The notes below the pieces were generated by a model, which was not told where the DNA came from, did not search any database, and was given only the letters and a program-made list of their open reading frames with translations. From Pseudomonadota bacterium (GTDB taxonomy: Bacteria > Pseudomonadota > Gammaproteobacteria > Burkholderiales > Thiobacillaceae): a stretch of DNA of 64,000 nucleotides. Positions 1 through 11,318 of the stretch are shown piece after piece. How positions within the stretch are numbered: position 1 is the stretch's first letter; the number at the start of each line of letters is the position of its first letter. Both the position numbers and the translations under genes were made by a program. The DNA is taken from NCBI GenBank assembly GCA_021802945.1, contig JAJZRE010000004.1, forward strand, positions 818 through 64,817, read 5' to 3'.

Positions 1-2
1 AT

Positions 3-845
3 ATTGAAATTGCTTGTGCTGTTCTTGAAGACGGGCGAAGGCTAATCACGCAAAGTGGCTTCATGCGAGCGCTGGGTCGTGCCAGACAGGCTAAGGGACG
101 AGACCATTACGATGGTGATGTGAATTTGCCTGCATTTCTGACTGCAAAGAACCTTAAACAATTTATATCTAAAGAATTGGAAGTTACGTCAAGCCAGGTC
201 GAATTTAAGCCCCTAAAAGGCGCGCGTGCATTTGGCTATCCAGCTGATTTGCTTCCGAACGTATGTGGCGTATTTTTGGACGCGGACGAAGCGGGTGCTT
301 TGACTGCGATGCAGAAGCACGTCGCGACTAGAGCGCGAGTACTAATTCGTGGGCTCGCTCACGTTGGTGTTACTGCGCTGGTAGATGAAGCGACCGGCTA
401 TCAAGAGGTTCGAGATCGGCACGCGCTGCAAGCGATCCTTGACCAGTATTTGAAGAAAGAGCTTGCCGCATGGGCAAAACGCTTTCCAGATGATTTCTAC
501 AAAGAAATGTTCAGACTCAAGGGCTGGCCGATGAACCCGCTTCAAGTGAAACGACCCGGCGTGGTTGGAAAATACACCAACAACATTGTGTATGAACGAC
601 TTGCCCCCGGCATTCTCGATGAACTTGAAAAGCGGAATCCGAAAGATGACAGAGGGAACCGCAGAGGCAAGCACCACCAGCTATTGACTGACGAAATTGG
701 TCATCCTGCTCTAGCTCAGCACCTGTACGCAGTGATTGGCGCTATGCGCGCCCACACAAATTGGGATGATTTCCTGAGGTTTATCAATCGAGCTTATCCG
801 AAGAAAAATTCGAACCTTGAATTGCCTTTGGATGAAACGAGCTAA
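3..845 (+). CDS. P63C domain-containing protein (5'-truncated by window edge)
   Basis: Frame open from position 3 (IEIACAVLEDGRRLITQSGFMRALG); GLAHVGVTALVDEATGYQ, WAKRFPDDFY and HHQLLT motifs typical of phage/mobile-element P63C proteins; lower GC than neighbours. Confidence 0.8.
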   Translation: MEIACAVLEDGRRLITQSGFMRALGRARQAKGRDHYDGDVNLPAFLTAKNLKQFISKELEVTSSQVEFKPLKGARAFGYPADLLPNVCGVFLDADEAGALTAMQKHVATRARVLIRGLAHVGVTALVDEATGYQEVRDRHALQAILDQYLKKELAAWAKRFPDDFYKEMFRLKGWPMNPLQVKRPGVVGKYTNNIVYERLAPGILDELEKRNPKDDRGNRRGKHHQLLTDEIGHPALAQHLYAVIGAMRAHTNWDDFLRFINRAYPKKNSNLELPLDETS

Positions 846-921
846 TCAGACCATCTAGCCCTATAGAGGCTATAGGCCCCGCCCTGCGGGCCTTGCCAAT
901 TTGTGTTGCTCGGACCCACTA

Positions 922-1398
922 ATGAACCCCGCCTACGCCCAGACACTCCGCGAGCTGCTGCAAACGCAGGAAGTCGCTGCCCTTGGCACCCTGCACAACG
1001 GCCAGCCGTATGTGTCCATGGTGCCCTTCGCCTTGCTTCCCGGCGGTTCGGGTTTCGTCATCCATGTCAGCCAACTCGCGGCCCACACCAGGGACATGCT
1101 GTTGAGCCCGCACGTGAGCCTGCTGGTGATCGCGCCGCCGACGCCCGACGTGCCTGTCCAGGGATTGGCCCGGATCACGGTACAAGGCCGGGCTGTGCAA
1201 GTCGCCGACGGAACCGAAGGCCATGCCGAGGCAAAGACAGCCTATCTCTCGCGGTTTCCCCAGAGCGCGGAGTTATTCAGCTTTGCCGACTTCTCGCTGT
1301 TTGCGATATGGCCGGACTCGATCCGCTTCGTCGGCGGGTTTGCCCAGGCCACGACGCTTTCGCCGGAAACGCTCGCTGAAGTGCTGGGCGAAGGCTGA
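922..1398 (+). CDS. Pyridoxamine 5'-phosphate oxidase-like / HugZ-type FMN- or heme-binding split-barrel protein
   Basis: LGTLHNGQPYVSMVPF, HVSQLAAHTRDM, VSLLV, RITVQG, RFVGGFAQA. Confidence 0.75.
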   Translation: MNPAYAQTLRELLQTQEVAALGTLHNGQPYVSMVPFALLPGGSGFVIHVSQLAAHTRDMLLSPHVSLLVIAPPTPDVPVQGLARITVQGRAVQVADGTEGHAEAKTAYLSRFPQSAELFSFADFSLFAIWPDSIRFVGGFAQATTLSPETLAEVLGEG

Positions 1399-1444
1399 AA
1401 GCAATGCTGCCGGGCATATGCCCTACATTCGCTGAGGCGCAGTG

Positions 1445-1777
1445 TTACGCGTTCTTTGGTGCGAACATGATGATAGCCATGCCTGCAATGGCGACCGACG
1501 ACCCGGCCAGATCCCAGGCCGTGGGCCTTATGCCGTCAACCGCCCAGAGCCAAAGAATGGCCACGAAGATATAAACGCCGCCATAGGCGGCATAGACACG
1601 GCCTGCCGCGGTTGGGTGCAGCGACAAAAGCCAGGCGAAAACCGCGAGGCTCAAGCCGGCAGGAATAAGAAGCCATGCGCTTTTCCCTTGCGTGAGCCAG
1701 AGGTAGGGAAGATAGCAGCCGACAATCTCGGCCACGGCCGTGAGCAGGAAGAGCAGGATGGTTTTGATTTCAAGCAT
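1445..1777 (-). CDS. ynfA: YnfA/UPF0060 family small membrane protein
   Basis: [25 protein letters not shown]; 110 aa with four hydrophobic segments. Confidence 0.9.
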   Translation of the reverse strand: MLEIKTILLFLLTAVAEIVGCYLPYLWLTQGKSAWLLIPAGLSLAVFAWLLSLHPTAAGRVYAAYGGVYIFVAILWLWAVDGIRPTAWDLAGSSVAIAGMAIIMFAPKNA

Positions 1778-1944
1778 GGCGACGACTATCTCCTGAAATG
1801 CGTAGGCTGCATTCTAGCGCTCGTGCCCTATCAGACGCGGCACAGCGCCGAGACATCGGTGTGTTCGTCCATTCCTGATTCAAATCGATAGCCATGCGCT
1901 GATCCTTTCTTTCCCATCATGCAGCGCTGAGCGCGACCACAGGC

Positions 1945-2337
1945 TCAATCGCCCCGATCCAGGCCGTCTTCTTCGGCCAGCTCCACCCCCGTGACGCAGA
2001 CATCGCCGTCGTCGATCACCAGGGTGACGGGAGTCAGCTGCTGCCCCCTGCACGGCCCGATGAAGCAGTTGCCGGTATCCAGGTCGAACTGCGCGCGGTG
2101 GGTGCCGCAGGTGAGGAAGTTGCCGTCCTCATCGAGGAAGCGCCCGGGCTGCGTATCCAGCCGGCTCCCGGTGTGGGGACAGGCGTTTTCGTATCCGAAA
2201 AATCGGTTTCCCTTGCGCCCGATCACGATGGGCCAGGGCCTGGCTTCGCCGGTTTCGCTACGCACGGCCAGCCAGAATCCGCTCGGCCGGTCTTCGTCGA
2301 TTTCGTTGGTGCGGCAGATTGCAAAGAGTTCATTCAT
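1945..2337 (-). CDS. Rieske [2Fe-2S] ferredoxin
   Basis: CPH...CGTH Rieske ligands and GPC; start placed at ATG 2337 (MNELFAIC). Confidence 0.85.
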   Translation of the reverse strand: MNELFAICRTNEIDEDRPSGFWLAVRSETGEARPWPIVIGRKGNRFFGYENACPHTGSRLDTQPGRFLDEDGNFLTCGTHRAQFDLDTGNCFIGPCRGQQLTPVTLVIDDGDVCVTGVELAEEDGLDRGD

Positions 2338-2405
2338 GGTGGTGGTCCTGTTTCGGGTGAGGGGTGGGAAGACGGCGCGAGATCGTCGCTGAAGCAGCGC
2401 GGGCG

Positions 2406-2807
2406 CTATTCGGGCTGGTTGCGCATGAAGTCCGCGGTCTTGAACAGGGCCTGCTCGAGTTCCGTCCGCAGGTCGGCCGCCAGCCCGACGTCCTGCATGG
2501 CACGCGCCATGCACCCCATCCATTGATCGCGCTCGCTCACGCCGATGGCAAAGGGCGCGTGGCGGCGGCGCAGGAAGGGCTGGCCGATGTGCTCGGAGAA
2601 CAAGGCCGGGCCGCCCGTCCACTCGCTCAGGAACCAGTAGAACTTGTTGCGGGATTCGCCCAGGTCCGGCGGATGCAGTTTGCGGATGCCGTAGTAATCC
2701 GGATCGGCGTCCATCAGGTCGTAGAAGCGGTCGACCAGGCCGCGCACGGCTTCCGCCCCGCCGATCCGCTGATAGTGGGGATTTGCCTTGACGATTTCAG
2801 CGTTCAT
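2406..2807 (-). CDS. Group II truncated haemoglobin
   Basis: YQRIGG, LVDRFYDLM, WTGGPALF, LRRRHAPF, ERDQWM. Confidence 0.9.
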   Translation of the reverse strand: MNAEIVKANPHYQRIGGAEAVRGLVDRFYDLMDADPDYYGIRKLHPPDLGESRNKFYWFLSEWTGGPALFSEHIGQPFLRRRHAPFAIGVSERDQWMGCMARAMQDVGLAADLRTELEQALFKTADFMRNQPE

Positions 2808-2888
2808 GATTTGCCGCCCCCTGGCCTCTGGATGGATGCGCGCGCGGGGTTTGTAGCAAACCCTACGTTTGATGCGCCGCCTTGGGGA

Positions 2889-4184
2889 TCAAGCAGAATG
2901 TGTTCCAGGTCCCGGGCCGCCGATCTCGCGCGCATGCCTGAACGCGCTGCTCACCTTGTCGATCTGGGCGGCGGGAACGCCGTATTCCTCGAAACGGTTT
3001 TTCCATTCGCGCACGACGCGCCACACCCTGTCGATGGTCGCCCGCGCCCTGTCGCGGGTCAGCCCGAAGCGGGCGGCCCAGGCCATGGCGTTGGTCAGGG
3101 TGGCCAGGCGCCCCTGGGGGCCGATGCCCAGATGCAGGAAGCGCTCCGTAGCCTGCGTGGGCCGCGGCACCACGTCATACAGGGGGCTGAGCGTCCAGGC
3201 CCGCGCGTCGGGTTCCCACAGCAGCCCATGGTTGCGCAGGTGGTCGTCGTCGTTGCTGACCAGGATGTTGAATACCATGCGGGCGAACAGTTCTTCCAGG
3301 TCCGCCGCAAGGCGCCGGGCCGCGCCGAATTTGCGCAGGGCATCGGCGATGTCGGCATAGTTCCTGTTCGGCGAATCCTGTTCCGGGCAGCCGACGAGGG
3401 TGAGCGCGCTGATGAAGTGCCGCCGGCTCAATGCGCCGACGACGCCCGCGCGGTCGAAGCGTTCGATCAGCATGACGTGCCGGCCCTCGCCGACATCGAC
3501 CATTTCGATTCGCGGAACGGTCAGGCCGGCCGCGCCGGCGAGCTTCAGGGTGGCCGCTTCCACGACGGGGACGTCGTAGCCGTCCCCGCGCGACGGGAAT
3601 TTCGCGAGCCAGAGCTTGCCGTCCGCATCCGCCACCGTTGCCTTGGGCCGTGCGCCGCCCAGCGCGCTGCCTGCATCGAAGAAGGCTTCGAGCCGTGCGG
3701 GGAGCGGCAGGCCTTCTTCGATGCGATGGGCGGCTTCGAGAAAGTAGTCGAGTTTGCGGACATCGCCGAGTTCGCCCGCGGCTTCGCCGGCATCGAGGCC
3801 GGCGCGCACGTCCAGCGCCCCGACGCGGTTGGAACCGGCCGCCAGCAGGTATTCCGATTCCGGCAGGCTGTTGAGCGGCACCTTGCGCCGCGCTTCGATG
3901 ACGCGCCGGCCCCAGGCGTCGGGCGCCGCGTCGCGGATGGCGCCGAACAGGGCAAGCCCCGCAACGGGATGGAGCCGTACGCCGCGCGCCGCCTCGCGGT
4001 CCTGCAGGCTGAGGCTGACGGGGTCGATCTCGATGGCGTTGGGGCGATCGAGATAGCGCAGGCCGTAAACGAAATCCGCCCCCTGCGGTACCGCCCCCTC
4101 TTCTTCCAGGGTGAGCAGGCCGGCCGGCACGGCCGTGGCTTCGCCGGGCAGGTGGGCGAAAACGGCCAGTTCCCTAGAACTCAT
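2889..4184 (-). CDS. hipA: HipA-family kinase toxin
   Basis: PDAWGR, GSALGGARPKA, WLAKFP, IERFDR, NDDDHLRNHG, LSPLYDV. Confidence 0.9.
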   Translation of the reverse strand: MSSRELAVFAHLPGEATAVPAGLLTLEEEGAVPQGADFVYGLRYLDRPNAIEIDPVSLSLQDREAARGVRLHPVAGLALFGAIRDAAPDAWGRRVIEARRKVPLNSLPESEYLLAAGSNRVGALDVRAGLDAGEAAGELGDVRKLDYFLEAAHRIEEGLPLPARLEAFFDAGSALGGARPKATVADADGKLWLAKFPSRGDGYDVPVVEAATLKLAGAAGLTVPRIEMVDVGEGRHVMLIERFDRAGVVGALSRRHFISALTLVGCPEQDSPNRNYADIADALRKFGAARRLAADLEELFARMVFNILVSNDDDHLRNHGLLWEPDARAWTLSPLYDVVPRPTQATERFLHLGIGPQGRLATLTNAMAWAARFGLTRDRARATIDRVWRVVREWKNRFEEYGVPAAQIDKVSSAFRHAREIGGPGPGTHSA

Positions 4185-4515
4185 AGTGCTTCAGCGCCTG
4201 CGGGGAGAGCGTGCGGGCACGCTGCCGCTTCTCCGACTTTTCGAGCATGGCCAGCGCGGCATCCTGCGTCTCGTACAAGCGGCCCAGGGTCGCGCCGGGC
4301 GCGATGACGTCGAGATAGCGCACGACCTGGCCGATGGCGACGGCCGCGTCGCCGTTTTCGATGCGCGAGGCCGTCTCGCGGCTGATGTTGGCGCGCAGCG
4401 CGGCGTCCGCCTGCAGCACATGGCGGGCCTTCCGCATGCGCGCGATGCGTTCGCCCATGTCCCTGAGCGCCTCGGCCAGAGGCGGGGGCATGGATGGGTT
4501 TTGCGCTTTCTTCAT
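4174..4515 (-). CDS. XRE-family HTH antitoxin (HipB-like)
   Basis: GERIARMRKARHVLQADAALRANISRETASRIENG; overlaps hipA start. Confidence 0.8.
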   Translation of the reverse strand: MKKAQNPSMPPPLAEALRDMGERIARMRKARHVLQADAALRANISRETASRIENGDAAVAIGQVVRYLDVIAPGATLGRLYETQDAALAMLEKSEKRQRARTLSPQALKHYEF

Positions 4516-4544
4516 AAGGCTTATTTCCTGCACTATCAGGATAA

Positions 4545-4640
4545 TGACGGATTTAAGCCATACTAGATCGGGAAACACGTGCGGTCAAGAAATATGGCTC
4601 AATACCGGCACTACTGCCATAGTGACGGTTATATGCCATA
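4545..4640. promoter_or_regulatory. Two related operator-like sites upstream of the hipB-like gene
   Basis: TGACGGATTTAAGCCATA (4545-4562) and TGACGGTTATATGCCATA (4623-4640). Confidence 0.5.
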
Positions 4641-4668
4641 CAGCGCAACCGTGGAGCCGCTCGCTTGC

Positions 4669-4788
4669 CTACTCCACCAGCGCCACCGCCTTGATCGTGT
4701 CGTCTGCCATTTTCCTCGACGGTGGTAGGCAGGACATTGAGGATGCTGCTGTCGGCGTGGGCCCAGGATGCGCACTCGCACATGCTGC
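4669..4788 (-). pseudogene. Degenerate copy of the modC 3' end
   Basis: Three blocks match 6238-6500 (CCACCAGCGCCACCGCCTTGATC; GTGTCGTC...GGATGCTGCTGTCGGCGTGGG; AGGATGCGCAC) with two internal deletions. Confidence 0.8.
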
Positions 4789-4794
4789 CCAAAG

Positions 4795-4833
4795 AAAAAA
4801 GGGCAGCCCCCAAACGGAGGCCGCCCTTTTTTT
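4795..4833. terminator. Intrinsic terminator, probably bidirectional, downstream of the glpQ-like gene
   Basis: AAAAAAGGGCAGCC-loop-GGCCGCCCTTTTTTT. Confidence 0.8.
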
Positions 4834-4848
4834 GGAATGAGCCTGACT

Positions 4849-6105
4849 TTACTTCAGGTCCATGCAGTTGGCGTAATAGGTCACCGTGGCGGGCCAGTCA
4901 GAGAAGATGCCGAGGATGCCGACCTTGCGGGCCAGGACGTCGAGGGCTTTGTACATGTCGCTGTCCTTCTTGATCGCCTTGCCCTCGGGGTCGAACAGGT
5001 AATACCAGCCGCCCTTGGAGGCGCCCTTGCGCAGGTCGGCGCGTTCGAAGGTCCAGGTGATGATGTCGAGTCCCGCCTTCCTGATGTCGTTCGCATATTC
5101 GGAAGGAACGACTTCGCCGGCATCGTTCACCGACAGCAGCGCCCACATCGGCGGGGCGATGATGCGCACGCCGTCTTTCTTCAGCTGCTTCAGCTCATCC
5201 AGGGTCTGACGCGGGATGGCGGGGGTAACGGTCGGGTCGATGCTGTCCAGATAGACGGCCTGCTTGCCGAAGCGCGGCTCGTTCTTGATCCAGTAGAGGA
5301 TGTCGTCCTTGTTGAAGGACTGGACCCAGGCATCCTTGGGCGATACGCCGGCATTCCTGAGCTCGTCGATGAACTTCTGGGCGTAAGCGGCCTGGCTGCC
5401 GAAGATGGCATCGACGCGGTCCTGGTGGTCGGCGCCCTTGAGTTCGGGTGTGTGCTTCACGCCGAGCTCCTGGTTGAGCGCGATGCTTTCCTTGAAGGTC
5501 ATCACCTTGGCCTGGCCGGTGTACAGGTCGGTGCGCCAGCTGGCGGTGCCGCCCAGGTAGCCTTCGGGCGTGGTTGCACTGGGGTTGCTGGCATCCATCT
5601 TGGGCTTGAGCGACTTGAATTCGTCGAGGGTCAGGTCGCTGGTGCAGCACTTGGGCTTGGGATCCTGGCCGGGGCCGCTCCAGGGCACGGTGCACTTGTC
5701 GTTGAGGTCGGTGGCGACGATGTTGGTGGTGGTCTGCAGGTCGCATTCGCTGTGGCGGCAGACCAGTTCGCCGTCCTTGGTGAAGGTGACGTCGCACTCG
5801 ACGATGCCGGCGCCCATTTTCGCACCGGCGCGATAGGAGGCATCGGAATGCTCGGGAAACTGCAGGGCGGCGCCACGATGGCCGATGGAGAAATCGGTGC
5901 GGTAGAAGGGACCGTTCTCGCATTGCATCAGGCGGTCCTTGAGCTTGCCTTCGTCCATGCCCTGCACCAGGTAGAACGGGCGCGGGCCGAGTTGCACTGA
6001 ATCGTGTTTGTCGTGATCGTGGTCGCGATCTGCCTGGGCCATGGGTACGACTCCTGCCGTGGCGGCCATGGCAAGCGCCATGGCGAGGGTTACGGTTTTA
6101 CGCAT
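4849..6105 (-). CDS. Secreted glycerophosphodiester phosphodiesterase (GDPD/GlpQ-like)
   Basis: Signal peptide MRKTVTLAMALAMAA; IGHRGA, FPEH, VECDVTFTKDGELVCRH, QSF, GIFSDWP. Confidence 0.88.
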   Translation of the reverse strand: MRKTVTLAMALAMAATAGVVPMAQADRDHDHDKHDSVQLGPRPFYLVQGMDEGKLKDRLMQCENGPFYRTDFSIGHRGAALQFPEHSDASYRAGAKMGAGIVECDVTFTKDGELVCRHSECDLQTTTNIVATDLNDKCTVPWSGPGQDPKPKCCTSDLTLDEFKSLKPKMDASNPSATTPEGYLGGTASWRTDLYTGQAKVMTFKESIALNQELGVKHTPELKGADHQDRVDAIFGSQAAYAQKFIDELRNAGVSPKDAWVQSFNKDDILYWIKNEPRFGKQAVYLDSIDPTVTPAIPRQTLDELKQLKKDGVRIIAPPMWALLSVNDAGEVVPSEYANDIRKAGLDIITWTFERADLRKGASKGGWYYLFDPEGKAIKKDSDMYKALDVLARKVGILGIFSDWPATVTYYANCMDLK

Positions 6106-6238
6106 CGGATTGCTCCTGTCAGGTTGAGGGTTGGGGCAGCGGCGCCCAACCTGACTCTGCACTATGAAAGTTTAGTCCCGATGGCGATCAGATTTTGTTT
6201 GCATGAAGCTTGGCATGAGCCGACGGGCAGCGGGTGCC

Positions 6239-7318
6239 TCACCCCACCAGCGCCACCGCCTTGATCTGCGCCCACACGGCCAGACCCTGGCGCAGGACCA
6301 GCCTGGCCGCCGAGCGCCGCGTGATGCGCGCGACCAGCGGGGCGCCGGCGGCGTTCAGTTTCACCAGCGCCAGCGCGGGGTGGGTGTCGTCGGCCAGTTC
6401 CTCGACGGTGGCGGGCAGGACGTTGAGGATGCTGCTGTCGGCGTGGGGTTCGAGGGCGATGCTGATGTCGCGCGCGAGGATGCGCACGCGCACGTGCTGT
6501 CGGATGGGAACGCCGCTGTCGCGCACCCACAGGCTGCCGCCGGCGAAGGCGACGCGCGCGAGGTGCCACGCCTGGTCTATCTCGGCGATCTCGCCTTCGA
6601 GCACGACGCCGGCGTCCTCGCCCAGGCGGATCGGCAGGTCGAGCCGCGCCAGGGTTTCGCCGAGCGGGCCGCTGGCGACCGCCCGCCCCTGCTCCAGCAC
6701 CACCAGGTGATCGGCCAGGCGCGCGACTTCGTCGGGGGCGTGGCTGACGTAGATCAGCGGGATTTCCAGTTCGTCGTGCAGGCGTTCCAGGTAGGGCAGG
6801 ATTTCCTGCTTGCGCGCGAGGTCGAGCGCGGCGAGCGGCTCGTCCATCAGCAGGATGCGCGGGCTGGTGGCGAGCGCGCGGGCGATGGCGACGCGCTGCT
6901 TTTCACCGCCGGAGAGCCAGTCCGGCATGCGCTCGAGCAAGGGGGCGATGCCGAGCAGTTCCACCGCATGGTCGAGCGAGACCTTGCGATCACGCTCCGG
7001 CACGCGCCGCATGCCGTATTCCAGATTGCGGCGGATGGAGAGATGCGGAAACAGGCTGGCTTCCTGGAACACGTAGCCCAAGGGCCGCTGGTGGGTGGGC
7101 ACGAACAGGCCGCGGCTGTCGTCCTGCCACACCTCGCCGTTCACGCTGAGCGTGCCGCCGGGCGCATGTTCCAGCCCGGCGATGGCGCGCAGGCAGGTGG
7201 TCTTGCCCGAGCCCGATGCGCCGAACAGCGCGCTGACGCCGCGCCCGGGCAGCAGCAGGTCGACGTCGAGCGTGAAGCCGTCGTGGGCGACGCGGAAACG
7301 GGCGTGGATGGATTGCAT
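6239..7318 (-). CDS. modC: Molybdate ABC transporter ATP-binding subunit
   Basis: [23 protein letters not shown]-terminal TOBE domain (SILNVL, AQIKAV). Confidence 0.95.
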   Translation of the reverse strand: MQSIHARFRVAHDGFTLDVDLLLPGRGVSALFGASGSGKTTCLRAIAGLEHAPGGTLSVNGEVWQDDSRGLFVPTHQRPLGYVFQEASLFPHLSIRRNLEYGMRRVPERDRKVSLDHAVELLGIAPLLERMPDWLSGGEKQRVAIARALATSPRILLMDEPLAALDLARKQEILPYLERLHDELEIPLIYVSHAPDEVARLADHLVVLEQGRAVASGPLGETLARLDLPIRLGEDAGVVLEGEIAEIDQAWHLARVAFAGGSLWVRDSGVPIRQHVRVRILARDISIALEPHADSSILNVLPATVEELADDTHPALALVKLNAAGAPLVARITRRSAARLVLRQGLAVWAQIKAVALVG

Positions 7319-7354
7319 CACGTTTGCCCTTGGTGAATGAAATAACAGCAAATC

Positions 7355-7437
7355 TTTATCCGCGAAGGGCGCGAAGGGACACGAAGAAAACCAATGAAAG
7401 AATTCCTTGGCGTTACTTCGCGTCCTTCGCGGATAAA
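7355..7437. repeat. Inverted repeat built from 9-mer units (CGCGAAGGG) between modB and modC
   Basis: TTTATCCGCGAAGGGCGCGAAG ... CTTCGCGTCCTTCGCGGATAAA. Confidence 0.8.
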
Positions 7438-7451
7438 CAGGTTTTGAGAAT

Positions 7452-8135
7452 TCATTTCCCGCCGCTTTTCCGTTTGCCGCTGCCGGAAGCATGGAGCGCA
7501 AGCAGCACGGCGAAGGAAAACGCCAGCATGCCGGCGGAAAGCCAGTGGGCCTGGGTGTATTCCAGCGCTTCCACGTGGTCGTAGATCTGCACCGAGACGA
7601 CGCGCGTCTTGTCCGGGATGTTGCCGCCGATCATCAGCACCACGCCGAACTCGCCCACGGTGTGGGCGAAGCCGAGGATGCCGGCGGTGATGAAGCCGGG
7701 CCGCGCCAGCGGCAGCACCACCGTAAAGAAACGATCCCACGGCCCGGCGCGCAAGGTCGCCGCCACTTCCAGCGGACGCTCGCCGATGGCGTCGAAGGCG
7801 TTCTGCAGCGGCTGCACCACGAAGGGCATCGAATAGATCACCGAGCCGACAACCAGCCCCCGGAAGGTGAACGGCAGCACGCCGAGGCCGAGCGCCTGGG
7901 TCAGCTGGCCGATGGGCCCCTGCGGCCCCATGACCACCAGCAGATAGAAGCCGATCACCGTCGGCGGCAGCACCAGCGGCAGCGCGACCAGCGCGCCGAC
8001 CGGCGCCTTCAGCCAGGAACGCGTGCGCGCCAGCCACCAGGCGATGGGCGTGCCGACGAGGAACAGCAGGATCGTCGTCACGCTGGCGAGGCGCAGCGTC
8101 AGCCAGACGGCGGCGAGCGCTTCGTCGGTCAGCAT
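7452..8135 (-). CDS. modB: Molybdate ABC transporter permease
   Basis: [33 protein letters not shown]. Confidence 0.97.
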   Translation of the reverse strand: MLTDEALAAVWLTLRLASVTTILLFLVGTPIAWWLARTRSWLKAPVGALVALPLVLPPTVIGFYLLVVMGPQGPIGQLTQALGLGVLPFTFRGLVVGSVIYSMPFVVQPLQNAFDAIGERPLEVAATLRAGPWDRFFTVVLPLARPGFITAGILGFAHTVGEFGVVLMIGGNIPDKTRVVSVQIYDHVEALEYTQAHWLSAGMLAFSFAVLLALHASGSGKRKSGGK

Positions 8136-8141
8136 GGGCGC

Positions 8142-10005
<1,864 letters not shown>

Positions 10006-10015
10006 GCCGTTCTCC

Positions 10016-10327
10016 TCAGTTGCCGGCGGCGGCCAGTTTCTTGCGCGCCGTGTCCAGCGACTCGAAGGCGGCGACCGTCGCCTGCGCCACCTCCATGACC
10101 TTCTCCAGGCCGGCCGGCAGTTCCTCCGACAGGTCGTGCAGGGCCATGCGCGCCTCCATGGCGCGGGCGTTGAGCTTCTTCACTTCCGCTTTCAGCGTTT
10201 CCTTGTCTTCCACGTTCGTCTTCCCTTTCACCGTTTGCTCGAGGTAGCGCTCGAATTCCTCGTTCTCGATCATGTCGATCCAATGGGGGACGTCGACGTC
10301 CATTCCGCGTTCAAGTACCAAGGCCAT
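10016..10327 (-). CDS. CCE_0567/Rop-like nif-associated protein (start uncertain: ATG 10327 or GTG 10213)
   Basis: [27 protein letters not shown]. Confidence 0.8.
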   Translation of the reverse strand: MALVLERGMDVDVPHWIDMIENEEFERYLEQTVKGKTNVEDKETLKAEVKKLNARAMEARMALHDLSEELPAGLEKVMEVAQATVAAFESLDTARKKLAAAGN

Positions 10328-10404
10328 GATGGGCTCCTTTTTCAACAGGCGTCTTGAACCCGGATGCAGGTCACGTACGCCGCACTGCCGCACTCGCGCG
10401 CGGC

Positions 10405-10878
10405 TCAACCATATTTGGCGGCACCGGGGAATTGCTCGACCATCGCTATCCCCGCCGCCACCTGCTTCTCGCCTTCCTCGGCGAGTTTTTCCATGCTCTC
10501 GAATCCGAAGCGGTGCACGTCCCGCAACTGCTTGTTGACCGCCACCAGTCGCCCGGCCAGCAGCACGATGCGGCCAAATCCCTCGTGCGACATCTTCATC
10601 ATGGGCGTCACCATGACCCCCGTCTGGCGCTCGATGGCCAGGCCGATGGCGTTGTAGAACAGCTCCACCCGCCACAGGGTTTCCGGATCGGGGTCGTCGA
10701 TGATCGGCATTTGCCGGCGCTGCTCGCGGGTGACGATGTAGGGCGCGAGCAGCGTGGCGTCGGTCTTGCCTTCCCATGTGCCGTGCGTGTCCTGGGCGCG
10801 CCACTGCTTGATCAGCTCCTTCACGAACAGCGACTGCATCGGGTCGGCAGCGGAAACGGCGGTTTCGGTATCAGGCAT
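10405..10878 (-). CDS. NifX-associated nitrogen fixation protein (DUF269)
   Basis: [34 protein letters not shown]. Confidence 0.9.
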   Translation of the reverse strand: MPDTETAVSAADPMQSLFVKELIKQWRAQDTHGTWEGKTDATLLAPYIVTREQRRQMPIIDDPDPETLWRVELFYNAIGLAIERQTGVMVTPMMKMSHEGFGRIVLLAGRLVAVNKQLRDVHRFGFESMEKLAEEGEKQVAAGIAMVEQFPGAAKYG

Positions 10879-11281
10879 CGTGAACCTCTTCGTCAAAATC
10901 GAACGTTTTTTCCTGGCCCTTCAGGACCGCCTTGCGCAGCCAGGGCGGCGGCGTGCCCTTCAGCACGCCCTGCAGCTTGACCAGGATGTCGTCGATGACT
11001 TCCGGCTGCTGCACCTTGATCGGGTGGATGTTGCTGGCCACCACGCGCGCCGCGCCGGAACCGCCGATCGCCGCCACGTAGAGAATGGCGCAGTCCTTGA
11101 TCGCCTCCAGCTTGGGCGCCAGCTTGTCCTCGTTGCCGTCTTCCTGGAGGTCGCCATCAAATTGAATCGTCTCCACGAAGCGGCTGTCGTCCGACGACAC
11201 GTCGTAGATGGCGATGTTCTTCGCCCAGCCGAAGTGGGCGTCGACCCGCTTCATGTCCTGTGTGCAAAACGCGACTTTCAT
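10871..11281 (-). CDS. nifX: FeMo-cofactor precursor carrier
   Basis: [38 protein letters not shown]. Confidence 0.95.
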   Translation of the reverse strand: MKVAFCTQDMKRVDAHFGWAKNIAIYDVSSDDSRFVETIQFDGDLQEDGNEDKLAPKLEAIKDCAILYVAAIGGSGAARVVASNIHPIKVQQPEVIDDILVKLQGVLKGTPPPWLRKAVLKGQEKTFDFDEEVHDA

Positions 11282-11318
11282 AGTTGCCTCCGTTTGAAAA
11301 ACGTTTACCCCGCCGCCG

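Noticed and set aside
2364-4307. 647-aa plus-strand ORF and similar long antisense ORFs (4768-6000, 7491-9125, 12782-14131, 14149-15819, 16703-18562, 21476-23791, 33583-35325)
   Set aside because: Shadow frames opposite well-supported genes in high-GC DNA; no recognisable motifs
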